Source of the DNA: Camelus dromedarius
Taxonomy: Eukaryota
NCBI RefSeq assembly: GCF_036321535.1
Contig: NC_087436.1
Location: forward strand, 40,426,001 to 40,490,000
Direction: 5' to 3'
Length of the DNA: 64,000 nt
This document shows positions 51,765 to 64,000 of the stretch, piece by piece. The stretch's first letter is position 1. Each line of letters opens with the position of its first letter. Below the pieces are notes generated by a model, which was not told where the DNA came from, ran no database searches, and saw only the letters and a program-made list of their open reading frames with translations. A program made the position numbers and the translations under genes.

Positions 51765-53790
51765 AATGTTCTCTAAATAAGACCTAATTTCATATGGAAA
51801 GAAAGAAGGAGGGAGAGAGGCAAAGTCTCGGAATTTGTTCAGTCACTTATTTAATTATCTCCAAGCCCCTCCACTGTCCAGAAGAAAAGTATGTATTGCA
51901 AGCATTCTTATATTATAATCATTTAATGACAGGCTTTTAATTTTTCTTTGACCCAGAAGAACAAAGTTCTTTCTGTTTTGTATGAATTTACTTTATTTGA
52001 AGAACAATCTATGCTTCAGATTTCTAGTGTATTACAATAACATACATAAACTTACTAAAGCAGTATAAAAATGTAATGGTTTAAAATTGTCCTGATATTG
52101 CAATAGAGACTTATTTAATAGTTTTTATTTTTCTTCCAGAAAGAAAATACCCTATCAACAAATTTAGATGCATCTGAAATAATCCCCAAATCTACAAAAT
52201 TGTGGGCAATTATTTAAAGCATATAATGCTCCATGGTTCACAAAGTAAGGTCACAAAGTAGTTTTCAAGCTGCATTGTAATATTCCATCATAAATATTTA
52301 TTGATAATTTTAGAAAAGTTGCATTGTACTGGTGCTGGGTTTTAAACCAGTATATATATATATGTCTGTTGCTTGAACTCAGTTGGGAGTCTCAAAATAT
52401 GTAATTCATAAAACTGTCCTATAATAAGAATTGTAAGAACTGAAACAGACAAAGAAAAACTAAAGTTGCATCAGAAAGGCTTTTATGAAGTAAAAACTTT
52501 CTTTCTACACTATGTTGGTAAATAAAGCTTCTAAAAGAGACTTTGATTATAAATCACATCAGCAGTCTGGAGATACTATGTCTGAATCCAGGGAATGCCT
52601 TAAAATTCTCGAGGCAAAATGTAAATTGAACTCTGCATCAGGACCTTAACAGATGGATGAAGGCTACCAAGCATTACACCAGAATCAATGCCATTTGGCT
52701 CTGTCTCTTTCCAGGCAATAAATATAGATTTATTTTGCAAGTCATATTTATCTAGGATATTTTATTCTTTTAGTTACAAGTGAATGCCAACCTATTAAAT
52801 ACTTATTTTACAACTTACAAAATAGATTGCTTGAAAGAGTTAATGGGAAAAAAAAAAAACCCAGCCTTCCAGGAACAATAAAGTCACATTTTATTTCATT
52901 CACTCATGGAGATAATAAAACATCCTTGCTCGGGTGTCATTAGGGAGTCAACCTAGATTGTTGCATTAAAGACTCACAAGAAAGTATCTACGTGATGGCA
53001 TCTGGAAATGCTCCAGACAAAATCTCTCCCAATACATAATCCATGTGGCACTTGCCTGGGAAGAGAGCTTCAAAGAGAACCAGACTACAGCCTGAATGTT
53101 CTCTCAAGTGACACCCAAAAAGATCTGCCAAATCATTTGGTCTATCTCTGCTTGAGTGAATCTTTTACTCCGGTTGGTATTTGTTGGGGTGAATTTTTTT
53201 TATCTTTCCTGCTTTCAGCAGAAGGTTCTATCTATGGAATTTTAGCCTATAACCTCATCAGTGTGTCTAAGTTTTAGCCTCTATTATTTAGTAAATGATA
53301 ATAAATTATTTCTTTGTAGGAAGAACACAAGGGAAAAAAATGTTTGCTCCATCTTTTTTTTTTAAACTTTTACACAGAGAACTTGTTTTGAGATGATGAA
53401 ATTGACATTGGAGAGCTTGTCCTACCTTGTATTCCCTTCCCTTTGTCCTCCAACTTTGAATTATTGCAAGAACGGAACACAATGGTACTGGGAAACTTTG
53501 TTTCCTTTTTCTATTTCCTAAAGCTGTGAAAATGTATCACATGGTTAGGGAAATACAGTAGATTTTTCACCCACTTAACACTTTATTTCATGTAATTTGT
53601 ATATTTTGTAAAGTTGTATATTTGGGGAGCTTAGGTCTAAAAATCTTACATCGCAAGAACTTCTCAAAAGTGAAGGAGAGTCATGCCGTTTGGGTTTCTG
53701 ACAATCAAAATTTGCAAATTCTGAATGTATATAAACTATTGGCACCATGACTAGGATCATAAATAGGGGTAATATATTTCACTTCACTTA

Positions 53791-53997
53791 GTAATAATAA
53801 CACATCCCTTACTGAGCACTCATGAGGCAAGCATTTTCTAAACTCCTTATATGGGTTATCTCTTTAACTATATCACAACAATTTGAGGCTAGGACTGTTA
53901 TTCTCAATCTACACACAATGAAACGGAAGCACTAAGGTTTTATAATCTAAGTCTACATTGTATAACCAATAAATGGTGGAATTTGCATCCAATCTGA
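53791..53997 (-). mobile_element. MIR SINE
   Basis: cttactgagcactcatgaggcaagca..cacaacaatttgaggctaggactgttattctc..aatgaaacggaagcact. Confidence 0.6.
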
Positions 53998-54827
53998 AAA
54001 ATGAGTTAAGTAGTCATGAAAAACATTCCACTGGACTAAAAATTTCATCTCAAAATTATTCATATTAATGTGAATTAATGAGTCAAATTATTAAAGTCTG
54101 AGGCTGAATGAGTTTTTTATAAAGTATTTACTTGGATATTGGAATCCTCTCAATTGTTTTTTTTTCTAGTGCTGTTTATTTCTACAAAGTTCATCTTCAT
54201 ATACTCCTATTCACCCTATACCCATTTATCTTCTTTAATATTTATATGCAAATACCATTTTAGTTTTAAACTCTGGGCTCGTTCCCTTTTTCACTGTGAT
54301 CTGTTCCCAAGACAGAATGCAGCGGTCTCTGCTTTGCAACACCTGCCTTTGAAATCATTAATTTCTAATGACAGAGAGCACTTAGACGCCCAAGAAGAAA
54401 ATGTCAAGATTCTTGTTCATTGTCAAAAGGTTCTGAATCTATTGACATTGAATCTAGAATCTTGACTTAAAATAAACATGTTCTCTAAGGCATCCTCATC
54501 ACATTCCTGGTCTTGAAACCACACTAAGGACTTACAGAACTATCCTTCTGCTTCATTATCTACAGGAATAGCAGCTGCCCCAGATGCTGCATGGGAGACC
54601 CACAAGGACAAGAGGGTGGGGGGAAGGTCATGCTATTTCCCTGCATAAGGAACAGAGTAGCTGGGGCGGTAATAAAATAATCCTGCAGGAAGTAAGATTG
54701 CCTGTAAGGATTCTATTTGATGGACAGTACCAAGAAAGACAAAAGGAAACTGTATTCACAATAAAAAGTTTTTCTTAGTCAATAAGCAAAGTCCCACCTT
54801 GGGTTAAAGAGAGAAATTTTTCCAACA

Positions 54828-54828
<1 letters not shown>

Positions 54829-54919
<91 letters not shown>
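54829..54919. repeat. Long (CA)n microsatellite, about 45 units with two substitutions
   Basis: Direct reading; the interruptions (AT, GC) keep the purine-pyrimidine alternation. Confidence 0.98.
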
Positions 54920-54923
<4 letters not shown>

Positions 54924-56569
54924 TTTTCCTGGTGCGATTACTCCTTACCATAGGAATAAAATGTAAATAACAGACTTCTGGGTACACTGGTACATTGGAC
55001 AGGTATTACTGAAAGAGATACTATGACTGACCAAGTCTCAGTCTTGGAAATCTCTGTCCAAGAGAAAAAATAGACTAAGTATGCCTGGGTGCTCTATGTT
55101 TGATTTATAACTATCTCTTAAAAGAGGACTTCTATTTGGATTTTATTATTTCATAATATAGGACAATTTACAATGATGTAACCAGGGTGAACTTTGTTCC
55201 AATCATGATAGAGACCCTGACCTCTGCTCTTTGTTTTGAGGACTAATATGTATCTTTGTATCAGTACCTAATTAGATAAATTTGAACTTGTCAACTCATT
55301 AAGGTGGCATCTTCCAGTTAACTTATCCTATGACAGTATAGAGTTAGTTTTTATAGGATGATTTTTTTCTTTGGTTGTTTTTTTAATTCATTCATTGTTC
55401 CCCATTTTTTTTCTTCAAATGAACATTTATGATGTTTTATTACTGTCCATGTTCTTAAAAAAAGCTATTTGCTTAAGTCAGTAGAAAAGTCTGAATATGA
55501 ACCTTGTTACTTTTAAAGGAGTAAACATTGTTACTTTTAGAAGAAATGATCTAGTTGATGCAAAGACTGTTTCAGCTGATTCACATCTTTACAGGTTGTA
55601 CTAGTGAATACAGATTTGAAATTGTAACATATAGGCACACACACACTCATATACACACACAGAGACAGACACACACACAGGTGCTGGTACAAATTTGGAA
55701 ATTTTGACATTCCTCTCTCTTTGTCTCCAGATCCTTCCTTTGATAGGTGTGAGAATTCTGTTTAAACTTACCTGTACATAGAGTGTACAAAAGTGTATCT
55801 AGATTTACAGCAAAGGTTTAGAGATTTCAATAGACACATTCAGAATCCAGAATTAATGAGATGCGAAGGCAAACAAAAAAAGTAAAAAAAGAAAAAAAAA
55901 ACACTGTAGTGGTAAATATATACACCTGCAACAGCTGAGAAACTAGGTAGATTCTCCAGAAAAATGTGGAAAATGTCTGCACTGGTCACACTCAGGTTTA
56001 CTTTGAGGTACTGCTTTCAAACTGGAACTTATCTAGAGGAATATGTTAAGATTTGGGGAAAAAATGTTGAAGGATCTGGAACAGTGTTCAAACCTAAACT
56101 TATCAAGAGGAAGATGAAAGATTTGGTAAATATGTTGACAAAATTTGAACTTTTAACACCAAAAAGGGAAAAAAATTAGTGAGCTTGTGATATTAGAGAG
56201 GCATATTTCTGTTTAGAAGAATACTCTAATATTGAAAATTATTCCAACAGGCTACACTGTAAGAAAAATGTGTTTTAAATTGTTGTAATCCTTTACAGTT
56301 TCAACGTTTTTACATTAACCATTTCACTGCACACTTACAACATTATTGAAGCAATGCAAGACAGATTTTTTTTTTTTTTTTGCTGTCTCATTAGACGAAG
56401 AAACTGAAGACAAGAAAGATCAAAAAAGCCATTACAGGCTCAAATCTTAAATACTGATTTAATATTCTAATCATGTTTTCTATTCACTACATCACAGTGG
56501 TCTCTAGTGGGTACAATGGCTTAAGTATTTTGGCATAATTTTTAAGAGCCCGTAACTGAACGTAAGGGG

Positions 56570-56780
56570 TATTAGAATGAAGTGAATAAAAGCGTAGACT
56601 CTGGAACTAGATGGTGTCAGTACAAATCTCAGTTCTTCCAATTACTAGCATTTTTCTCACTTGTGAAATTGTGTTAATAAATTTGCATGCCTTAAAATAT
56701 AAGTTGTGGGAATTAAGCAAGTCAAGGTATGGAAAGTGCTTAGCAATGCGTAAATCTCTGTGTTAGGTAAAATCATCACC
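56570..56780 (+). mobile_element. MIR SINE
   Basis: aaagcgtagactctggaactaga..caaatctcagttcttccaattactagc..gttgtgggaattaa..atggaaagtgcttagca. Confidence 0.6.
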
Positions 56781-57991
56781 ATCACATCATCTGGCACATG
56801 AAATTTACCTCATATATGTTAGCTTCTTTATATAGCCTCCAAAATGTGACTTTGGAGGACAAATTTATACTTTATTGTGAGATCTCTAGAAATATAAGGA
56901 TGAGAGGGTGGGTAGTGAGCTTGAAAAAGGTAACATCTTGAGTTCCCTTTTCATGGTGGCTTTTTACTATGCATATTATTGTGTCATCAGTGTCAAACAG
57001 AAGTCATCTCCCAAGCCAGATATGTCCTGGATTTTTTTTTTTCTTTTCCCATACAAATCAATCACATAGATTTCTAAACTAGATCTGAAATATGTGTGGG
57101 GGCAGGGGGAGAATTGGGGATACTGATATACTGATACACATTGGAATGCTAATACAGGCCTTAGTAGATTTTAAAATCTTAGGAGATTTAAAACTCTTAT
57201 TTAGTAATTATCTGTATAATGTGTGCTAACTAGAAGAATTTTTCCTGAAATGTTTAGTTTTGTTCTTAATATAATTTCCAGGCTTGCAGTCTTCTGACTT
57301 ACTGAAAATAAATTCCTCATACTTGACTTATTGTTCATAGGGCTGAAATTCTCTAGGAAAATAACCAAATTTACATATTTGAGTTATGCACTCTAAAGCG
57401 AGGTGAAGTGAATGCATCTTTTCCTACAGGTGATCAAACAAAATGGAAGGTATAAGTGAGTCAACAAAAATTGAAGGGAAATGACAATCCATTAGGGTTT
57501 ATGGACTGCGAAAAGATGGATGCAGTGTATGTGTAATTCTAGCTTCTTTGTTTTCAAATGCATGAACCGTAGATATATCCTTAGCTTCATCTGTGTTATA
57601 AATTTATTTATCTCAGTATTATCAAGAAATGGCTAGACCGAATAGAATACTTTCATCCAATACAAGCTAGCATCCACTGCCCATTTAAATATTAGTGTTT
57701 TGAACTGTATGTGTAGATTTTTGAAACAGGTTTTATTGTTCTGCTGAGCAAGGAAGGTAATATTTTAGCCAATGTGGGGATAAAATCCTGTGAAATAATG
57801 ACAGTGGATGGATAAATAGTAGCCAATATGGCTCTCCTATGAATGAAGAATAATCTAACTTCCATAAATTGTAAGGCCACTAAGATGAATCAAGAATAAA
57901 ATAAATAAATCTCATGGAAAAATGCTGATAGAACAGTATAGATACTTCAGTGTGGAAAAAAAAAGTAAGAATTTGATTTAATAACCACTTT

Positions 57992-58614
57992 TGGTGCAGC
58001 AGGTAAAATTCCTTCTCTACTGTCTTAGGATATACAGCAGGGACTGACATAAAACAGATTAAGAGAAGAAAAGCCTACAGTTTTTTTAGTAATTTTTACA
58101 TGTACATGATAGCCCTCACTAGAAAAATGAAGACCCTAGAAAAGCAATTAGAGCTGAATTCTTCCAAACTGGAACTTATCTAGAAGACTATATATGATTT
58201 GGGGAAAAATGTTGAAGGATCTGGAACTGTGTCTAAACCTGAACTTAAGAAGGGGAAGTCGGACCAAGATTTTAAAGGTGGCCACTTATGAAAATGTTAC
58301 AAGAAAGAGGGGTTTAGGCTGGCAAAGTTCTTGGAGGAAAAGTAACTAGGAAGATAACGCTTAGTTTAACCAATTTGTTTGTGTAGATTTCTCTCAGCCT
58401 CAGCTTCCCATCTCCAGTTACAAGAATGGCTGCCTTCCTATGTGAAAGGTACAGGGAGGGTACCTTTCACATAGGAATTTTATCTCCTGCTTTTAGGAAG
58501 AAAAAAAGATTAGAGAATTCCTCCTGCACCTGCTGTTTCTCAAGTGCCTTTAACTCAAAATATTCAACATGCTGAAATGGGATATTTTGGCGTAACATGC
58601 TCTGAACCGGTACA
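57992..58614 (-). mobile_element. ERV1 solo LTR (MER34-like) carrying a templated insertion
   Basis: TG...CA termini with a perfect 4-bp TSD cttt (57988-57991, 58615-58618). The minus strand begins tgtaccggttcagagcatgttacgccaaaatatccc..ttttgagttaaaggcacttgagaaacagcagg. Confidence 0.82.
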
Positions 58615-59067
58615 CTTTCAACAGAAAACAAACAAAAAAAGTGCTATCCACGGTGAGATCTATCGTCTTAATAATAGCAAATAATTACAAAGCATACTTT
58701 AATTCTAATAATTGGAATTAAGCAATAGCAAGAATAATGCTAAAATGATAAAATACTGTATTTTTTCAAATGAGAATACATTTTTATAACTTTATTATAT
58801 GTAGTATTTAGCTGACAATTCAGAGACTACGATATGATCACCAACACTAACAATGAAAGGGTAAGGTGAAATTAGACTTGCTTTATATGAGATTAAAACT
58901 GCTGCTAATTTTGTGATTTCTCATTCAATTTGCCACTTGCAAAATATGACAACATTTATTAAAGAAGGTTAAATATACAGTGATGGACAACTTCTGGAAG
59001 AAAAGCGATGTTTTAAAGTACTGATATGGCCAAACATTCTGACATTTAGCATCTGGATGGTTGTTTA

Positions 59068-60154
59068 TTTCTTTTTCTTTTTTAAAAGACTTTTAAAATT
59101 AAAAAAAAAAATTCCAGCTTTATTGAGATATCATTGACATACAATACTGTATAAATTTAAGGTGTACAACTTAATGATTTGATTTGCACACATCATGGAA
59201 TGATTATCACAATAAGTTTAATGAACAACCATCATCTCATAGAGGTACCCAATGAAAAATATAGAAAAAACTTTTTTTGTGATGAGAATTCTTAGGATTT
59301 ACTCTCTCAACAACTTTCATATATAACACACAGCAATGACCATTGTATTTATCATGTTGTTTATTACATCTCTAATACTTATTTATCTTAAAACTGGAAG
59401 TTTGTACCTTTTGACAACTTTCATCCAGTTCCCCCTCCCCCTATGCTTGCCTCTGGTAACCACAAATCTCATCACTTTTTCTATGAATTTGTTCACTTGT
59501 TTTTGAAGTATAATTGACCTGCAACACTGTATTAGTTCCTGTTGTACAACATAGTGATTTTTTTTTCCCCTTTACATTTCAAAATGATCGCCACAATAGG
59601 TCTAGTTATATGCCAGGAAACAAAGGTATTATTTAGTTATTGACTATATGCCCCACTTTGTTCATTTTGTATCTGTGACTCATTCATTTTGTAACTGGAA
59701 GTTTGTACCTCTTAATCTGCCTCATCTATTTCTTTCCTCCCCAACCTATTTGTTTTCTGTATCTATAATTCTGTTACTGTCTTCTTGCTCGTTTGTTTCA
59801 GTCTTTTTAGATTCCATGTATAAGTGAAATCATACTTTGTGGGGCCCCCAGGCTGGGGAGCCCGATGTGGGGCTTGGATCACTCCCTCCTGAGGGAGGAC
59901 CTCTGAAACTGTTATTATCCTCCCAGTTGTGGGTCACCGACCTGGAGTGTGAGTCTTGATTATGTTGCATCTCCACCACTTCTACCCGACTTGTGGTTTT
60001 TCCTTCTTTACATCTTTGCTTGTAGAAGATCTTTTCTGCTAGTATTCTGTTTTTTTTTCTCATCAGTAGTTTCCCTGTAAATAGTTGTAGTTTTGGGGTG
60101 CCCAAGGGAGGACATGAGTTCAGAGTCTTCCTACTCCATCATCTTGATGACTCC
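59068..60154 (-). mobile_element. L1 made of about 320 bp of 5' UTR joined to about 770 bp of 3' end
   Basis: 59111-59835 is an antisense L1 3' UTR (doubled aactggaagtttgtacc module, tttttagattccatgtataagtgaaatcatac). 59836-60154 is an antisense L1 5' terminus (minus: ggagtcatcaagatgatggagtaggaagactctgaactc), similar to the terminus at 21600-21658. Confidence 0.85.
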
Positions 60155-62014
60155 TTTACTATTTAGTGTGTTGTTTAGTTGTTTTACTATTTGCTCAGAA
60201 ATATGTGTAAAATATTGGTAGGCATCTTGTTATTATAAAAATTAGAGTTTACCTATATGGTAGTGTCTTGTTTTTCTAATGATTGTGGAAAATTTTAATC
60301 AAAATTTTAAAGGTGGCCTCTTATGGATATGAATTAGTCAATTTTAAAATGTCTAATATACATTTTCCTTCTGTGCCTGGGAAATGTTTGAAAACAGAAG
60401 TAAGAGAAGACAGCTGGGTTTTCTTTGCCACAAATGGAGATTCAGATTTTGGAATCTCTATACATGGAGGGTCTTCCATCATGTGCAGGAGAAATAAATG
60501 CAACTCCAGAATGCACTTCTGTTTAGAGACACTAAGAATAGTTCAGATTTCACTGCCATCTTTTCAGAGTGCAAATAGTCCCAAGTTCTTGGCATCATAC
60601 GGGGAAACAAAACCAGTACTAAAAGAGGATCATGAAACAGCTGAACATTTTGGCTGTGGGGAAGCTGAGATCTTTGTGAGATCTGCTGTGGATGGGATGA
60701 CACAGCAATGACCTGTGGTAAGTGGAAACACACAGGAAATGAACTTTGATAGACCAATAACAGAGAAACCATTCATAAAGTACTTGTCTAATCCACAGTG
60801 GTTCTCTCTAAGGAGGCAGTAATGATCCTTGTTAAAATAAGCAGCATCTTTTCTTTCTTTTCTAAATACTTTTCCAAACAATCCTATTTAAAAGTATTTT
60901 ATTTAGATTTTCTCACAAATGTTAAATTGGTTATCTGCTGTGATCTTTCATCACGTCCCTATTGCCTACTTTTTAACAATTATTTGGTATTATATCATCG
61001 GTAGTGTAGTAGTAGTAGTATTTTATTCTTAGTATTATCAGCATGACTTTTTCCTTACTAAAGAATTAGCATCAAAGAACCATCACTGAGATTTTCTCTC
61101 AAATTACCCTAAGCTGACTTTTTTATTCTTAACAATACTTAAGAAAGGGGATTCTACAGTCTTATCTGGTAATATACATATTCATGAAGGTTTTGTTTTT
61201 GTTTTTGTTTTTTTGCATTTGTGAACTTCTTTATAGCAAACCTAAATTGCTCTTGTTACAGATTATACCCATTTCCTGTAGGTCACTGGAGATAAATGCA
61301 ATTGATGATTGACATTTTCTGTGTACTGACATTGAAGATGAAACTCATTAGGGAGCCATGTAATTATGACAAATGGAACAGAATCATGAAGAAAAGATGG
61401 AAGCTTATTGATATTCTTCAGGTCAATATCAAATCACTTCAAAAAGATTCATAAGAATTTTCTGGAATGATACTCCCCAGCCTCAGTGACCTATTAAAAC
61501 TCTTGTTCAGAAAATTATGATAAACTTACTCAATAGAGTGGAGAGTATAAGAGATTTCAGTACACTGTCTAGTCTTCTTGTATTTTTACAGGTTAGCCTT
61601 TAGTTTATTCTTCTGCCCATTTAGTTTATTCACTGCCATCAACACTTTCAATCTCCTCCCTGTACACAACACAGCTAGGAAATAAATCACTTACAATGTT
61701 ATTAACAGTTGTCCTGTATTTTTGAATGTTATGCCTTACATATAAGTATACAAAATGACTGGAATTAATTGGAACCATGTTTAGTTATTCAGTAAACAAG
61801 TATAGAATGTACCTAATTCCTGTGCATAAATAAAGCCCTTAAAATTTTTTCCCGCTGAAACTCACCCAAATATTGTGGGGTGGATAGCATTATTGTCCCA
61901 TTTTATCTTTGAAGAAAATGAAAAGGGAGGGCTGTTTGAAGAAGCTGTGGCATAGCCACTTAATGACCTACTATGCAGCTAGAAAAACAGGAATGAAAAA
62001 GATCACTTACAAAG

Positions 62015-62020
<6 letters not shown>

Positions 62021-62062
<42 letters not shown>
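62021..62062. repeat. (AT)21 microsatellite
   Basis: Direct reading of the sequence. Confidence 0.98.
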
Positions 62063-62064
<2 letters not shown>

Positions 62065-62099
62065 TATCTTATAGTTTTGGCTTAGAAAATCTATGGATG

Positions 62100-62850
62100 A
62101 TTTACATATACAAAAATAAAATTAAAAAGGAAAACACAATTACTAAAAATTGAAAAAAATAGTAACATAACCACATTAAAAATAATTATTTCAAGTGACT
62201 TTGAACACTGAATATTGATTGTATATTTTTAGAAGAATGTAGTATGAGGATAAATAGGTCTACAATAAAAACTTAAAACTGTGTTCACTGGTTTAATTAG
62301 TGAAGTTATATAGATATTTTGAATTATGATATTGTAAAACTCTGCATATACTTCATAGAATAATACAAATATTTAATTAATCTTTTTAGCAATCAAAATG
62401 TGCATTGTGATAGACTGATATATTATTAAACATTTTAAAATTATATAATATTTAGTATAAATTGGGAATGCCACCATATATATACATATTATATGCATAT
62501 TTTTAATACATACCATTTTTTGGCTTTGTTAGCTGAATTCATCTAAATGTTATTCCAATCCAGTTGCAACAGACACACCTAATGCATGAATTGTTGCATC
62601 TCAATTCTATTCTAGGTCTGAGGAGGAAAATTACACAAGAAGATTCTGAGACTCTCCTTTGCCAGAAGGTAAGGAAGATATTAGAAGTTAATGAGTATTA
62701 ATGGATTTGTGTCAAGGACAGCAAAGATCTACACTGAAGTCCCCAGTGCCAAAGGTAAGTCACTTAAGCATTGGAAAGAATCATGAATGCAATGAATGGA
62801 AATGCATTGCATATATAAAAATCAGTGAGCTTATAATGATAGTTATATAT
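62100..62850 (+). mobile_element. L1MC-type 3' UTR remnant
   Basis: atttcaagtgactttgaacac..cagttgcaacagacacacctaatgc..ttctaggtctgaggaggaaa..tgccagaaggtaaggaag..ccccagtgccaaag. Confidence 0.65.
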
Positions 62851-64000
62851 AAAAAGAGGAAATCACCACCACAACAGTAGACCATTCTGAGCCATTTAAC
62901 TAAAGTGTGAATACTTTATTCTGAAAAGTAGTTGTTAAGAGGAAAAACTAGGCCATGTCGTATAATATCCTACATTTCCTGTGTAAGTTGCATTTCAGCT
63001 TTCATGATGAAAAGTTCTTCTGTATAGAATTTTTTTCATTTGTAAATGTAGAAAAAAATGATAGAAACAAAAAAAGAAAAACCTGTCCATCATGCAGCTT
63101 TTTTGGAATAACTGATTCAGACAAACGTTACCAATAGATGAATAATTTGATAACAGGTTAATAGCATCAAGGGTTTCAAGATGAGCCTCTTAATCAAACT
63201 AAGTGTGGTTATGAAAAGTTAAACTTTCACTTCAGATGAATTTGCTGAACCCCTTAATGAATTTGTTATCCTTGAATTTTTGCCTGCTTTTTATAACTTA
63301 AACATTTGAAATTTAATATTGTTAAGAAATTATATATAATTATGTCTGAATTAATAGATGTCATAGATTCAGATTTTAAGGTAGAACTAAACATTGCCTC
63401 CTTCATTGAAGTGATTAGCAGAGAACATAGGACATCTATTTCATTACGAGGCAATAAATTTGGTCTTACCTACTATGTTATGTTACGCCATCTACTAGGT
63501 AACATGTCATGATATGATACCACACATTAATCTTTTAATCTCTCTTTTTGTCCTAAAATATTTTTCAGTACAATTCTTTAAATAGATTGTTTCCTAACAA
63601 ATTCACTTACCTTATTTATTTCAATTTAACAATTATATTAAGTTCAGCCTTAGATGATAAATAGAACATGCACAATGTGATGTAATATTTTCAGAAATTA
63701 CTTCCTCCTCCCGTTTGCTGAGCAGATTTCATAGAGATCTGAGAACGAGAAGGCACATGCCAATACTATCGACTCTTTCCTACCTGCAGTCTCTAAAGCT
63801 AAGTCAAACTGACTTTATGAGACAGCTACAGAATACACTTTTCAAGAAGCATTTTCCTTTTCGCTGAATTCATAAATTTTTCATCTGTGAAAGCTGCAAT
63901 GCATTTATATGCAAATAGTGTCTTCCTTTGATGTCTCACTTTCTGAAGGCGGAAGGGACATGTTTTGCTATAGGCATATCATTTTCATGAAAAACCATAT

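Noticed and set aside
52140..52244. Exon-like segment (tttttcttccag ... caaa|gtaagg)
   Set aside because: All three frames contain stops, and such splice-like signals are frequent in T-rich DNA. A non-coding exon cannot be excluded but has no support.
60283..60711. Longest ORF in the track (142 aa)
   Set aside because: It starts at a non-ATG codon, shows no recognisable domain and has no promoter or exon context. An ORF this long can occur by chance in 64 kb.
1..64000. CRISPR arrays, operons, rRNA or other prokaryote-type systems
   Set aside because: There is no repeat-spacer periodicity and no gene-dense coding DNA; the window is mammalian repeat-rich non-coding sequence.

Overview
AT-rich, repeat-dense mammalian non-coding DNA (intergenic or deep intronic). 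It is most likely camelid, judged from a Vic-1-type tRNA-derived SINE at 2851-3003 and cetartiodactyl-type L1 3' ends. I find no convincing host protein-coding gene, RNA gene or CpG-island promoter. Every ORF with recognisable protein similarity is a transposon fossil (L1 ORF1/ORF2, L3/CR1 ORF2, Tigger1 transposase, ERVL gag/pol). The window holds layered insertions of L1, L2, L3, MIR, MaLR/ERVL/ERV1 LTRs, Tigger1, MER20, MER45B and microsatellites. Family names come from my recall of consensus sequences, not from a database run, and the boundaries of old elements are approximate. I cannot support a new gene-level biological system here. The most unusual signals are structural or regulatory. 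(1) A two-donor templated insertion inside an ERV1 LTR, copied from sites about 2 kb on either side. (2) Two perfect hairpins apparently made by short template switches. (3) A 90-bp L1 insertion with poly(T) at one end, poly(A) at the other and a 17-bp TSD. (4) An L1 5' end fused directly to its 3' end. (5) A scrambled ERVL/MaLR interior with gag sitting inside integrase. (6) A long, split L3/CR1 ORF2 fossil. (7) An orphan ZNF143-type motif, a CTCF+ETS pair and a candidate microexon.
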